Assembly: GCA_965240325.2 (NCBI GenBank)
Contig: OZ251247.1
Span: 372,001-436,000 of the forward strand
Reading direction: 5' to 3'
DNA from: Rebecca billardiae RCC1528
Lineage: Eukaryota; Protista; Haptophyta
Length of the DNA stretch: 64,000 nucleotides
The first letter of the stretch is position 1; every line of letters begins with the position of its first letter. Below the pieces are notes generated by a model that made no database searches, was not told the DNA's origin, and saw only the letters and a program-made list of their open reading frames with translations. Positions 1 through 11,209 of the stretch are shown here, piece after piece. Position numbers and translations under genes: made by a program.

Positions 1-254
1 GGGGCTGCCTCAAGATGAAGCTCTGCATTTGCGCCGGTCCGCCCTGCTATGAGTATTGCAGCATGCCCGTGATCACCGGCATGCGGAGCCCGGCAAAGTT
101 CATGTCCGCTCTCAAGTACGCCACCGAGGAGTACAACACGCGACATGGCCTGAGTGCCGTCGAGGTGGCCGAGTTCCCCGCCTCGGTCGAGAACCGGGTC
201 TTCGATGCGAGTCGCATCGAGGTGGCAGCTGCTTACATGCAGCGGGTCGTGTAG
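1..254 (+). CDS. 3' end of an unidentified protein-coding gene (frame open to the window edge)
   Basis: The frame of ORF 15..254 has no stop back to position 3. Codons are GC3-rich and the composition is protein-like (FMSALKYATEEYNTRHGLSAVEVAEF). No motif recognised. Confidence 0.4.
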   Translation, partial: GCLKMKLCICAGPPCYEYCSMPVITGMRSPAKFMSALKYATEEYNTRHGLSAVEVAEFPASVENRVFDASRIEVAAAYMQRVV

Positions 255-1041
255 CACTACTACTCTACTTACTACTAGTGGGGCGGCCGCTGCATCCGTA
301 CGCTCGGTCCAAGCGCGCCGCTCAATCTGTCTGCCAGCGGGACGAGTGATCCGTGGGCGCGCCAGCCCTGTCAAGCCACGGGCAGGCGGCGGGCACCGGG
401 GGCAGGCGCCCCGCGGACTAAACGCGGCTATTAGCCAGTCCGGCACTGTCACGGGGCCGCGCTACCGGTACGGCGCGCCCGGGCGCAGCCGTCTCACAGC
501 GGAGCCGACGGTCTACGCAGGCTCGTCATCGCGTATTGTCAGTGTCTTCCATCTATATCGGTGCTATCTATATATCGATCTATGTGTGTGTGTCGACGCG
601 GCGCTCAGCGCGGGCCGCGCGCGGGCCGCGCCACCTGAACCACACTACCACAGCCAGCAGTCGTCAGGTCCGGGCAGCGAGCAGCCGCGTCACCGAGCGC
701 GCTCAACCGCGCGCCGCTAAGTCGTACTAATAAGAGTGCGCTGCCGATCAATCGGATGCGCGGAGATTAGCAGTAGGCATGTCTAGCTAATAAACCGGCT
801 ACCCCGCGCGCACTTTATGGTACCGACGTACAGATCCGATTCGCGTGGTGCTGCTGATGGCGCAGTTGCGCGGAGGCCATACTCATCGTCAGTGACGGTA
901 CGACGACAGTGGCTATGCAACTTGCATCGGCCACGCTGGCTTACGAATGCTAGCGCGCGCGGTGTAAGTTCTGAGTCATCATCGTCGTCGCGCGGCGGTC
1001 CGGTATGTCGTCGTCCGCGCGCGCCGCCGATATATCGTCTG

Positions 1042-1267
<226 letters not shown>

Positions 1268-1609
1268 CGATGCAGATGACAAAAGGTTATACGTACCGTC
1301 AGCGTCATCACGACTGCTCGTGATATCATCAGTCGTGTAGACCTACGGTGTATATAGTCGGCAGCCGCCGCAGCCGCGCGCCGCCGGCGCCGCCGTGGGC
1401 GCGGCCGGAGAGACTGGCACTGTGACCGGCTGGCTAGCGGCTACTATCAGCTGCTATACTACGCTGCTACTCGACCAGACGCAGCGCGGCTCATCAATAA
1501 TCATACTTTATTATTCATCGTCACTACGGTGGTGATGACAGCGCGCGGGCCCGCACCTAAGCTGTGACGGTGCTGCTTATGTGGCGCCCGCCGGTATCAT
1601 CATATTATA

Positions 1610-1810
<201 letters not shown>

Positions 1811-1970
1811 TATTGTCATATCATCGTGATCGATGTCATGTGCTGTCGTGATATATGATACGCGCGGCGACTGCTGCTACTGATGGCATCACGCGCACGA
1901 GCGACGCCGACAACGAACGTCGTCGATGTGATGACGCAAGGCAGCGCGAGGCGTTGGGCGCGGCGCGCTG

Positions 1971-3507
1971 TTAGTGGCGTCCGCCGACAGCCGTCACCGC
2001 CAAGTCAGCGCCGCTGCCTGACCGAGCTGTGCATGCCGCCGCTGCAGTGGTCGATAGCAGTCGGCGGCGGCGAGCAGCCTCGGGCAGGCGCGTGCGCGCT
2101 TCTCGCGAGTCCGCGCACGGGGCGGCGGGCGGCAGCTGCTTGATGCGCGTGGAGTCGGTGCGGACGGGCCGACCCTCCGCCAAGCTCACGCCGAGGCCGA
2201 GGCTGGCATTGCTCTGGCCGCGTGCGTGCACGCAGCCGCCAGAGCCGAGGACGTGTGCAGGTAGCGGCACGCGCGTGGGCATGGGCACAAAGCGGGGTGT
2301 CTGCCCAAGCCCGAGCTGGCCGTACGCATTGCGCCCGAACGTGTGCACGCTGCCGTCTGCACCCAACACCGCGCTGCACTGGTCGCCAGCGCACGCGCGC
2401 ACGGCGCGCACGCCTACAAGGGCCTCGGTGCGCGCGGGAAGGCGCCACCGAGAGCGATCGCGCTGTCGAGGCTGGCCACGGCGGCACTCACCAAACGAGT
2501 GCACAGCGCCCGCTGCGTCCACCACCAGGCTGTGCGCAAAGCCCGCGCTCACGTGCACGGCGCGCACTCCCTCCAGCGCCTCGATGCGCCTCGGCGTGCG
2601 CTCATCCTGCTCGTCGCCGTGGCCGAAAAGGCCGCCCCATCCGCTGCCGCACGAGTACACGCCGCCATGCGCAGAGAGCAGCAGCGTGTATGCACCACCC
2701 GCGGCCACGCCGCCCACGCGCACGCCGTCCAGCGCCTCGATGCGCGTCGGCTCCCACCGCTTCTCCGTGTCGCCGTGGCCGAGCTGGCCGCAGTAGTTGC
2801 TGCCCCAGCTCTACGCGCAGCCAGCGGCGGTGCGCGCGAGGCTGTGCGTGCTGCCGGCCGAGATGCCCACCACGGCCGCAGCGCGTGTGAGAGCGATCGG
2901 CGCGAAAGAACGCCGCTCCTCCCTGTCCCCCAGCCCCAGCTGGCAGCTGTCGTTGTCGCCGCAGCCGTACACGGCGCCGGCCTCCCTCAGCGCGAGCAGG
3001 TGGGCAAAGCCAGCGGCCACGGAGCACACGCGCACCGCGGACAGCGACACCACGCGCGTCGGCACACACACCCGACGAGGGGCGTCGTGGCCCAGCGCGG
3101 CGGACACCCTTCCTCATCCTCGCCGCACCAATGTGCAGCCCGCCCCCGCCGTCCACAAACGCGCTGAAGTAGTAACTGGCTGCGATGACGGCCGCCTGCG
3201 CGCGAGCGCAGGCGAGCACGCGATCGCGCGCGAAGAGCTCCTCCGTCCAGGTGCGCACATCCGGGGGCAGCGTCGCCGGCAGCGCGCGATCGTGTCCGCG
3301 CGCGCGCGCGAGCTCGCGCAGCGCGCGCTCGACCGGCGAGCACCCGCCGGGCGGCGCGGCGCGGAAGAGGGGCGAGGCGGCGTTGGCTGCGGCGAGGTCG
3401 GCGGCGGAGAGGGCTTGCGCGAGCAGGATGCGCTCGATCACCTCCACGGGCAGCCCCGCAGCCCGCGGTGCCGCCGACTCCTCCGAGCTGACCGCGGCAG
3501 CCATCAT
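1971..3507 (-). pseudogene. F-box/RCC1-repeat gene copy 1, disrupted; the only copy on the minus strand
   Basis: F-box-like GLPVEVIERILLAQALSAADLAAANAASPLFR followed by RCC1 blades. Frameshift near 3125-3135 (LHI+gg+CGE versus consensus LHTCGE). TAC-to-TAG nonsense at 2811-2813 (CA*SWGSNYCGQLG versus CAYSWG in paralogs). Confidence 0.88.
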
Positions 3508-3605
3508 GTTGCGACAAGGCGCCGGCCGTGCAGAGGGAGCCCCGCTCGCTCGGCAGCGGGCTGAACCTCGGCGCGCCTTGCTCCTCCATCGCTCCGACCG
3601 CGGGG

Positions 3606-5424
3606 ATGAGCGGGTGCGCGTTCGACGCGCGCGGCGCGACGACGACGTGCGCGGCGCACGAGGGCTGGGGCGCGCGGCGCGACTCGAACGACACCGCTGA
3701 CGACGCCGCCGACAGCCCGGGCGCGCCCTCCGCGCCGCTCCTCGGCACGGCGGCCGCGTCCGCCAAGGCGACGCCCGCGCGCGTCGCGCTCAACAGGCGG
3801 TACGCGCTCGCGGGCGCGGTGCTGCTGCTGATCGCGGTGCTCGGCTTCGCCTCGGCGATCGGCGCGCGGCTGAGCACCGGCGTCTGGTACCGCGACCCGC
3901 TCCCCGCCGTCCGCACCAAGCCCATCCCCACCGAGCGCCTCGGCCCGCTGGTCGCTCTGCACGCGCTCACCGGCAGCGCGTGGCTCGTGCTCGTCGCGCT
4001 GCAGGTGCGCGCGCGCGCGCGCGGCGGCGGGCGCACCCGGGCCGGCGCGGGGTTGGGCGCGCCCGCGGGCACGCTGTGCGCGCGCGTGCTCGCGGCGGGC
4101 GCCGGCCTCGCGGCGGCGTGCGCGCGCTCCGCTCTGGGCCTGCAGGCTGAGCCGCTGAGCCGCTGGCTGTGTCGCTGCCGCGCGCCCGCCGCGGCGGCGC
4201 AGGTGTCGAGCATCGCCATTGCCGGCGCGGGCTCGCTCCCGAGCATCGACCCCGCCTCGCGCCCCGCGTCCGCCAACGCCACAGACCCGCCCGCCCTCCG
4301 CCTCCACCGCGCGCTCGGCAAAAGATCTTTTCTTTTCGCGAATTCATTCGCGCTGTCCGCACTCGTGCTGGTGGTGGCGGGCGCGTGGCGCGGCGGGAAG
4401 GACGCGGAGGGCGGGTACAACACGTGGTTCGTGCGGTGAGCGCCGCGCGCGCGCGCCCGCCGTGCGCCGGCGGCGCGCGCGCATGCGCTCCACTGCTGGC
4501 CGGCGGTGGGGGCCGCGGCGGCCGGCGGCGGCGGCGGTGGCGCTGTGGCTCCGCGCCGCTCCGCCCGGCCTCTGCGCGGCGCGCCCGCCGACGCGCGCGT
4601 GCCCCGTCCCTCCCGCGCCCCCCGCGCGCGCACACGCGCCCCCGCAGCTGGGTCGAGTTCGGCGCGGTGGCGCTCTCGTGGGTCTTCTATCTGAACGGCA
4701 TGACCTATGTGTCCCTGAAGGACTCGCTCTATGAGAAATACCCGCACTTGGAGCTCACGCCCGCGCTGTGCGTGAGCAGGCATAAGGACTGCATGCTCGC
4801 GAGCCTCTTCTTCGCGGCGGTGCCCACCGGGCTGCCGCGCCTGCTGCGCGACGTGCTGCAGGTGCGCAGAGGGGGGCGGCGCTTCGCTGCGCGCGGCGGC
4901 GCGCATGGGCGCGGCGGCGCGCTCGCGCGCCATGCGCCTAGGGTTAGGGTAGGGTTAGGAGGGTTAGGGTTAGGGGCACGCGCCGCACCCTGACCGCCCT
5001 TCGCGTGCGGCGTGCGCCCCGCGCGACCGCGCGCGGCGGGCTGGCGGCAGAGCCGCGAGAGCCCCGGCGGGTGCAACTACGCCGACTCCTCCGTCCTCTT
5101 CTTCGCCTTCGCCTGCGTGGCGTGCGTGGTGCGCGCGCGCCCGCGAGCGGCTGCTTTGCTGCATATGCGCGCGATCGTGGGGGGCGGTGCGCGTCGCGTC
5201 GCGCAGCCGCTCACCCCCGCCACGCCGCCGCCCGCCCGCCCGCGCGCCCCCGCCCATCCACCGCCGCGCCCCGCGCGCCGGCGCAGCTCGGGCTGCCGCT
5301 GATGCTGCTGTGCATCGGCGGCCGCTTCCACGTGCGGCTGTACGTCGCGCCTCTGGCGTGGTACGGCACGGTGGTGGCGGGCAGCTTTGCGCTGCTGCGG
5401 CCCGACCTGACGCTGTACTGCTGA
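3606..5424 (+). CDS. Multi-pass membrane protein, DUF2306-like; 5 exons (3606-4004, 4203-4435, 4648-4861, 5051-5128, 5287-5424)
   Basis: The GT..AG junctions are phase-compatible and give one frame. Hydrophobic helices carry a His pattern (LHALTGSAWLVLVALQ...LHRALGKR...RHKDCMLASLF) that resembles DUF2306 from recall. Confidence 0.7.
4939..4975 (+). repeat. Interstitial telomere-like (TTAGGG)n, degenerate, inside predicted intron 3
   Basis: tagggttagggtagggttaggagggttagggttaggg. Confidence 0.85.
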
Positions 5425-5905
5425 GGAGGGGGCGTGAGGCGGGCGAGGCGGCGGGCGGCGTCGCTGCTGACTGCGTGACCGAGCGCGGCGGGCGAGTCCG
5501 GCGCGGCCGCGCACGGCGGTGCGCGCTGCGCCTGCTGCGCCACGCTGGCGGCGTCGCAGGCGGAGCGTGGCAGACTGTTGGAGTCCGGGACGCTGCGGTC
5601 GCGGACCTGCCCACTGAGTGCGCATCATGACGACAGTAATCGAGCGCGGGCTCAGCGGCGTGCCCTCCGGCTCCGCCGCTGATGCGCGGGACTGGTCGGG
5701 CTCGGACAGCCAGCATTGCAGAATGCAGAGTGCTCGTCGATGTCTGCGATGACAATGACGGTGTGATCATCAGATGATCAGATCGCAGTACCATATCGCG
5801 CTGAGCTGCTGGCCGGTGCCAAGGGCTTGCCGGTGCTGCCACCGACAGGCGGCAGCGTGACACCGGACTCGCCGCGTCCGCGAGCAGCGCGCCGCGCGAG
5901 CAGCG

Positions 5906-7405
5906 ATGGCCAGCACGGAGCAGGCGCACGCGCGCCGCCTCGCGCTCGACGACCTGCCACCCGAGGTGCTCGGCCGCATCGTCGTGTGGCTGCCGCCGTG
6001 CGACCTCGCCAGCCTGAACGGCACCTCGCGCCTCTTCCGCGCCGCGCCGCCCGGCGGGTGCTCGGCGGTCGAGCGCGCGCTGCGCGAGCGCGCGCGCGCA
6101 CGCGGGCACGAGTGCGCGCTGCCGCCGTCGCTGCCCGCGGGCGTGTGCACGTGGACGGAGGAGCTGTTTCTGCGCGAGCGCCTGCTCGAGCGCGTGCGTG
6201 TGCACGCATCCCCGGTTGCGATGGGCGCATGTCCGGGTGACGTGCCCTCCGGCTTCAGCGCGTTTGTGGACGCGGAGGGCGGGCTGCACACGTGCGGCGA
6301 GGAGGAGGAGGAGGACGAGGACTGGGAGCCGACGGGCGAGGTTCGAGCGCACGTGGCCACCGGTCACGCGAAAGGGCTGGAGGTGTACGTGCCGACGCGC
6401 GTGCCCTCGCTCTTCGCGGTGCGCGTTGTCGCGGTGGCGGCTGGCTGTGCCCATCTGCTCGCGCTGAGCGACACCGGCGTCGTGTACGGCTGCGGCAGCA
6501 ACGGGTACGGCCAGCTGGGGCTGGGCCACACGGAGGAGCAACGCGCATTCGCTCTCGTCGGGCTACCCGTGAATCAACCCGTCGTGTGCATCGTTGCAGG
6601 CAACGTGCACAGCCTCGCGCTCACCGCCGCGGGCTGCGCGTACAGCTGGGGCCACAACTTCTACGGCCAGCTCGGCCACGGCGACACGGAGGAGCGGTGG
6701 GAGCCGACGCGCATCGAGGCGCTGGACGGCGTGCGCGTGGGCGGGGTGGCCGCGGGTGGTCGACACACGCTACTGCTCTCTGCCCACGGCGCCGTCTACT
6801 CGTGCGGCCACGGCGTGCATGGCCAGCTGGGCCACGGCGACCAGCGTGATCAGCACACGCCGAGGCGCATCGAGGCGCTCGCGGGCGTGCGCGCCGTGCA
6901 CGTGAGCGCGGGCTGTGCGCACAGCCTGGTGGTGGACAGCGAGGGGGCGGTGTACTCGTTTGGGCTCGGTCGGCATGGCTTGCTCGGGCACGGTGACACG
7001 CACGAGCAGCTCACGCCGAGGCGGATCGACTCCCTCGCGGGTGTGCGCATCGTGCACGCGTGGGCAGGCGCAGGCAGCAGCGCGGTGGTGTGTGCGGACG
7101 GCAGCGTGCACACGTTTGGGAACAACACCAACGGCGAGCTGGGGCTTGGCGTCGCTGCTGCTGCCGTGCCCCTCCCGCAACGCGTGCACGCTCTCGCGCA
7201 CACCCGCGTTGTGCGCTGCGCCATGGGCGGTCACGCAGCGCTGTACGTGGCGTCGGACGGCAGCGTGTACTCGTGCGGGGCTCACACGGCAGCGCTCGGC
7301 CTCGGGCTGAGTGCTGCCGGCGCGCCCCCGGAGGTGCGGTCGGTGCGGACACCCACGCACATCGAGCGGCTGCCGTGCGTGCACCTGGAGGCAGGCTCGG
7401 CGTGA
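5906..7405 (+). CDS. F-box/RCC1-repeat protein copy 2 (499 aa)
   Basis: LDDLPPEVLGRIVVWLPPCDLASLNGTSRLFR F-box motif; repeated VxAGxxHxLxL...VYxxGxNxxGQLGxG RCC1 blades; no introns. Confidence 0.92.
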   Translation: MASTEQAHARRLALDDLPPEVLGRIVVWLPPCDLASLNGTSRLFRAAPPGGCSAVERALRERARARGHECALPPSLPAGVCTWTEELFLRERLLERVRVHASPVAMGACPGDVPSGFSAFVDAEGGLHTCGEEEEEDEDWEPTGEVRAHVATGHAKGLEVYVPTRVPSLFAVRVVAVAAGCAHLLALSDTGVVYGCGSNGYGQLGLGHTEEQRAFALVGLPVNQPVVCIVAGNVHSLALTAAGCAYSWGHNFYGQLGHGDTEERWEPTRIEALDGVRVGGVAAGGRHTLLLSAHGAVYSCGHGVHGQLGHGDQRDQHTPRRIEALAGVRAVHVSAGCAHSLVVDSEGAVYSFGLGRHGLLGHGDTHEQLTPRRIDSLAGVRIVHAWAGAGSSAVVCADGSVHTFGNNTNGELGLGVAAAAVPLPQRVHALAHTRVVRCAMGGHAALYVASDGSVYSCGAHTAALGLGLSAAGAPPEVRSVRTPTHIERLPCVHLEAGSA

Positions 7406-7792
7406 GTGCAGCGCATATGCCAGCAGTTCTGCGGGCCATGCCGCCGCGCTGCTAAGCCGGTGGCGGGTGTCAGTCCCAACACGTGCGCCCATCAAAGGCC
7501 GTGCCGATGCCGAATTTGGCTGCGCAGCCGCAGGGCGGCGGCGCGGCTTTCGATCCGCCAGACCGCGAGTGACTACATGCCGGCAGGGCCCGGGGCGCTC
7601 AGTCCAATCCGTCGCAGGGCCGGGCGCTACTTCCGATCCGCCAGACCGCGGACGAGACGCCTGCTGATGACGACGATACGACAGATATGCGGCTGACGAT
7701 CGGACGTAGTCTGAGTGCCAAGGCACGCAGTTGGCACGACGGTCGCGTAGTTGCTCGCGCTGGAGTTATCCGGCGGCAGATGGTGTCAGTCG

Positions 7793-8969
7793 TCAGCGAG
7801 CCCCACCAGCTGCGCCGGCCAGCCTGCCGCCGGCGGCGCACTCGCGCAGCACGATCGGCTGCTCGCGCAGCGCCGGCGCGCCGTCGCCCGCCAACTCCAC
7901 CACGAGCGGCCAGCAGCCCTGGGATGCGTAGTCGCTTTTGCGCACCGGCAGCGTGCCGTTGGGGCCAGATGGGCGGCAGCGCGGCCGCGACACTCAGCGC
8001 GCCGCCGCGCGGCCGCGCCACGACACCTTCCGCCAGCCGCCCGTGCAGCGCGAAGCTGCGCGTCACCCCCACCGGGTCGGCGCGCGCCACCGCGCGCCAC
8101 AGCCCGGGCGCGTGCGCGTACAGCGCCCCCTGTCGCTCGCGCGCGCGCACGAGCGCCGCGTGCAGCGGCGCCGCGCCGACCGCGCGCAGCGCGGCGGCCG
8201 AGGGCTGCAGCGGCGCGAGGCGGAAGCCGACGAGGTAGTCGGCCAGGAGCTCGTCCAGCTCGTTGAACGCCCAGAGCCGCGCCAGGTCCGCCACGCGCGC
8301 GCACGCCGCGACCGCGGCCGCGTCCAGCCGCTTCGGCTTGAGCTCCGGCCTGGAGCGCCAGGTGAGGATGGTGCGCAGCGCCTCGGGCGAGAGCCGCACC
8401 CCCGCGGAGCGTGCCGCTCGATCGATCTCTGCGGCGCTTGCGCGGCGGCTCGCCGCGCCGCGCCCCGGCGGAGGCGCACAGCACGTCGGAGAAGGTGGGC
8501 AGCGAGTGCCCGAGCACAGAACGCGTCGGGAGTCCGGGAGGCAAGGCGGCTGGGTGTACCAGCCAGGCCGAGCAGCACGAGCGTCGCGTTGAGCGGCTGG
8601 CGGTACGAGACGCGGTGAGCGAGGCGGTGCCGACGAGGTGCACGTCGAGCGAGCGGCCCTGCGCGCGGAGCACGAAGCCGGTGAGCGCGAGGCTCGTCTG
8701 GTGCATGCGCATCACCTGCTCCACGTCGGCCGCCGAGTACCCGGGCCCGTCTTCGCCATCTGCGCGACCAGCAGTGCTGCACCGTCTGCGCGGGCCGGAG
8801 CAGCCACGCGGCGGCGGACGCGTCGGCCGAGGGCTCGGCGGCGGGCGCGCTGACGGGCACCCCATTGGGGCGGGCACGCGGCTCGCGCCGCCGCGGCCGC
8901 CAGCCAGGCCGTGACGAGGAGCACCCACTCGCGCGGCGACGCTCGGCGCGTGCGCGGCCGCTCCCCCAT
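7793..8969 (-). CDS. Hypothetical spliced gene, possibly secreted; exon structure incomplete
   Basis: ATG at 8969 begins a signal-peptide-like segment (WVLLVTAWLAAAAARA). A phase-compatible intron near 8760-8860 joins it to DGEDGPGYSAADVEQVMRMH. Further protein-like blocks lie in other frames (RLSPEALRTILTW..., PVRKSDYASQGCWPLVVEL). Confidence 0.45.
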
Positions 8970-9091
8970 GGACGTGAACTTATTCGTCCTGGAAGTGGCC
9001 GGCCACTCAATTTTCAGCGGGGCACAAAACCGCTTCGTCGTCATCGTGGGCCCGGCTGGGCGCACAAAGTGATGCGGGTACGGCGGTCACC

Positions 9092-10876
9092 ATGGCGGGT
9101 TCCGTGACAAGGGCGCATCGTCCCGCTCGCTCTCGTGGCCGGCGCCACGCGTGCGTGGCGCTCGCGGCCGCGCTCGCCGCCGCCACCACCGCCGTCGCCG
9201 ACGCGCCCTACGGCGGGTGGCGGCTGTACACGTACGACGTGCCGCTCGAGGCGCTCGGCGTGCCCGCGGCCGCGGCCGCGCGCTACCGCGCGCGCGTGCG
9301 CGAGGGGCCGACGCTCGTGCCGTGGGACGTGGGCGGCGTGGCGCACTCGCTCGCGCGCGAGCTGCCGCGCGTCATGCCCGCGTGGTCGCCGCGCCCGGAG
9401 CAGCACGACCCCGCCGCTGCTGCTGGCAGCAACACCACCGGCGGCTGGCCACACCCCGGGCAGTCGGGGCAGCGGGTGCTCTACTTTTTGCCCATCGCGC
9501 CGTTCGTGCTGTGCATGAGCGCGGACGAGCACCGCAGCAACCGCTCGTTCGGCAGCCTGAACGGGCGGCGGAAGGGCTCGTTCGACTGGCCCAGGGCCAG
9601 CCTCGGCGCCATGACGCGCGCGAGCAAGAACTGCTCGCTCGACGCGCGCAAGCTGTGCCCCGCGTACGCTTCGGTGCTGGAGTGGCTGGTGGCGCAGCCG
9701 AGCTGGGCGGGGCGCGAGCACCTGCACGTCGTGCCCGCCTCCTTCTCGCCCGACGTGCCGCGGCTCGCGTTCGCGTGCGCGGAGCGCCGCGGCGTGCCCG
9801 AGGCGCAGCGCCCCGCGCTCGCGCGCCTCGCGCGCTCCATCCTTCTCGCCACCGAGGGCCGCACGTGGGCGTGGCGCGCGGACGTGGCCGCCGGCCGGCT
9901 CGTGCACGCGCCGCACTACGTGCCGCCCGGGCCGTACCTGCTCTCCGCGCGCGCGGGGGCGGAGCTGGCCGGCGCGAAGCGCGCGCGCGTCGCGATGGTC
10001 ACGGTGCACGCCAAGGCGTGCCACCGCTGGGATGACCCGGCGCGACAGACCGAGCGCTACTGCGCCACCTCCGCCGCCGCGAGCCGCGCGATCGACGGAG
10101 GCGCCAGGCCGCCCGCAGACGCGCCGCCGGCGCAGGTGCGCGCCGCGCTCGCGCTCGCGGCCGCGCACGCCACGGGGCGCGGGACGCGGGAGCTCCGCCT
10201 GTTCAAGCTGCTACGCAAGCCGATGGACGCGGTGCGCGCCTTCGCGGCGGAGTACCGCAGCGCCACCTTCACCCTCGTCCCGCCGGGCGACTCCATGCTC
10301 TCGGCGCGCATCTACGGCGCGCTCGCCGCGCTCTCCATCCCCGTGTTCCTGGTGCCGCTGTCCGCGCTGCCCTTCGGCGCCACGGTGCCGTGGGCGGAGC
10401 TGTCGGTGCAGCTCGAGCCGCGCGCGGTCGTCAGGTACGCTGCGCAGTGGCGGCGGCTCGGCACGCACGGCGCCAACGGCACGCCGTGCGCGCACCACCC
10501 GCCGAGCGCGTGCGCGAGAGAGCGCGAGCTGCACCGGCGGCTGAACAACCCGCTCCGCGCTCTTCTGGACCGGCTCGAGCGCGACGAGCCCGCGCGCGTC
10601 GCGCGGATGCAGTCCCTCGTCGCCCGGCACCGGTGGAGCGTGCTGCACCATGGCGGCTCGGAGGACCTCCGCGCGATCGTGCCCTTCGACGGGGCGGACG
10701 CCGAGCTGCGCGGCGCCGCGCCGCCGAGCGAGTGGCCCTCGGCTGCGCGGAGCCTCGCCGCCGAGCTCGCGATCGCCGCCGAGCGCCGGCTGCGCACGCG
10801 CGCCACCGACGGCGACATGCGGACACCGCCGCAGCCGAGCGGCGCCGCCGCGCCGCGCGCCGCTCGGAGGTCTTGA
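9092..10876 (+). CDS. Exostosin family (GT47) glycosyltransferase
   Basis: N-terminal signal/anchor; WRLYTYDVP; GREHLHVVP; the GT47 signature EYRSATFTLVPPGDSMLSARIYGALAALSIPVFL...LPFGATVPWAELSV. Confidence 0.85.
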   Translation: MAGSVTRAHRPARSRGRRHACVALAAALAAATTAVADAPYGGWRLYTYDVPLEALGVPAAAAARYRARVREGPTLVPWDVGGVAHSLARELPRVMPAWSPRPEQHDPAAAAGSNTTGGWPHPGQSGQRVLYFLPIAPFVLCMSADEHRSNRSFGSLNGRRKGSFDWPRASLGAMTRASKNCSLDARKLCPAYASVLEWLVAQPSWAGREHLHVVPASFSPDVPRLAFACAERRGVPEAQRPALARLARSILLATEGRTWAWRADVAAGRLVHAPHYVPPGPYLLSARAGAELAGAKRARVAMVTVHAKACHRWDDPARQTERYCATSAAASRAIDGGARPPADAPPAQVRAALALAAAHATGRGTRELRLFKLLRKPMDAVRAFAAEYRSATFTLVPPGDSMLSARIYGALAALSIPVFLVPLSALPFGATVPWAELSVQLEPRAVVRYAAQWRRLGTHGANGTPCAHHPPSACARERELHRRLNNPLRALLDRLERDEPARVARMQSLVARHRWSVLHHGGSEDLRAIVPFDGADAELRGAAPPSEWPSAARSLAAELAIAAERRLRTRATDGDMRTPPQPSGAAAPRAARRS

Positions 10877-11209
10877 GGACAGTTCGTCCCCGATACTATA
10901 CTGCAGTCATCTGATGCTGCTCGTCTCTTTCGCCAAACAATACGCACGCGCGTGTGAGCAGGGTGCCTTACGTATACTACCGTTGAACTCCACAGTCAGT
11001 ACCGACTATTACCGTCAATGTTGTACAGTACGGTCCTTGGTTGGCCGTTGGCCGTTGGCGTTGCCCGCGCAGCCGCGCTCCCCACCGCCAAGCGGAGGCG
11101 TCCGGTGCGTTCACTCGCAGACTCGCTTTCCGGCTTCCCGGTGCACCGGACTCGCCGCTCCGCGAGCGAGCCGGCGCCGACGCTCGCCACATCGTGCGAG
11201 CCGCGAGCG

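Noticed and set aside
8220-8500. BTB/POZ-like segment (FSDVL...LSPEALRTILTW...LARLWAFNELDELLADYL)
   Set aside because: The resemblance is loose, the pieces are in different frames, and the gene seems to start with a signal peptide. It needs an HMM search.
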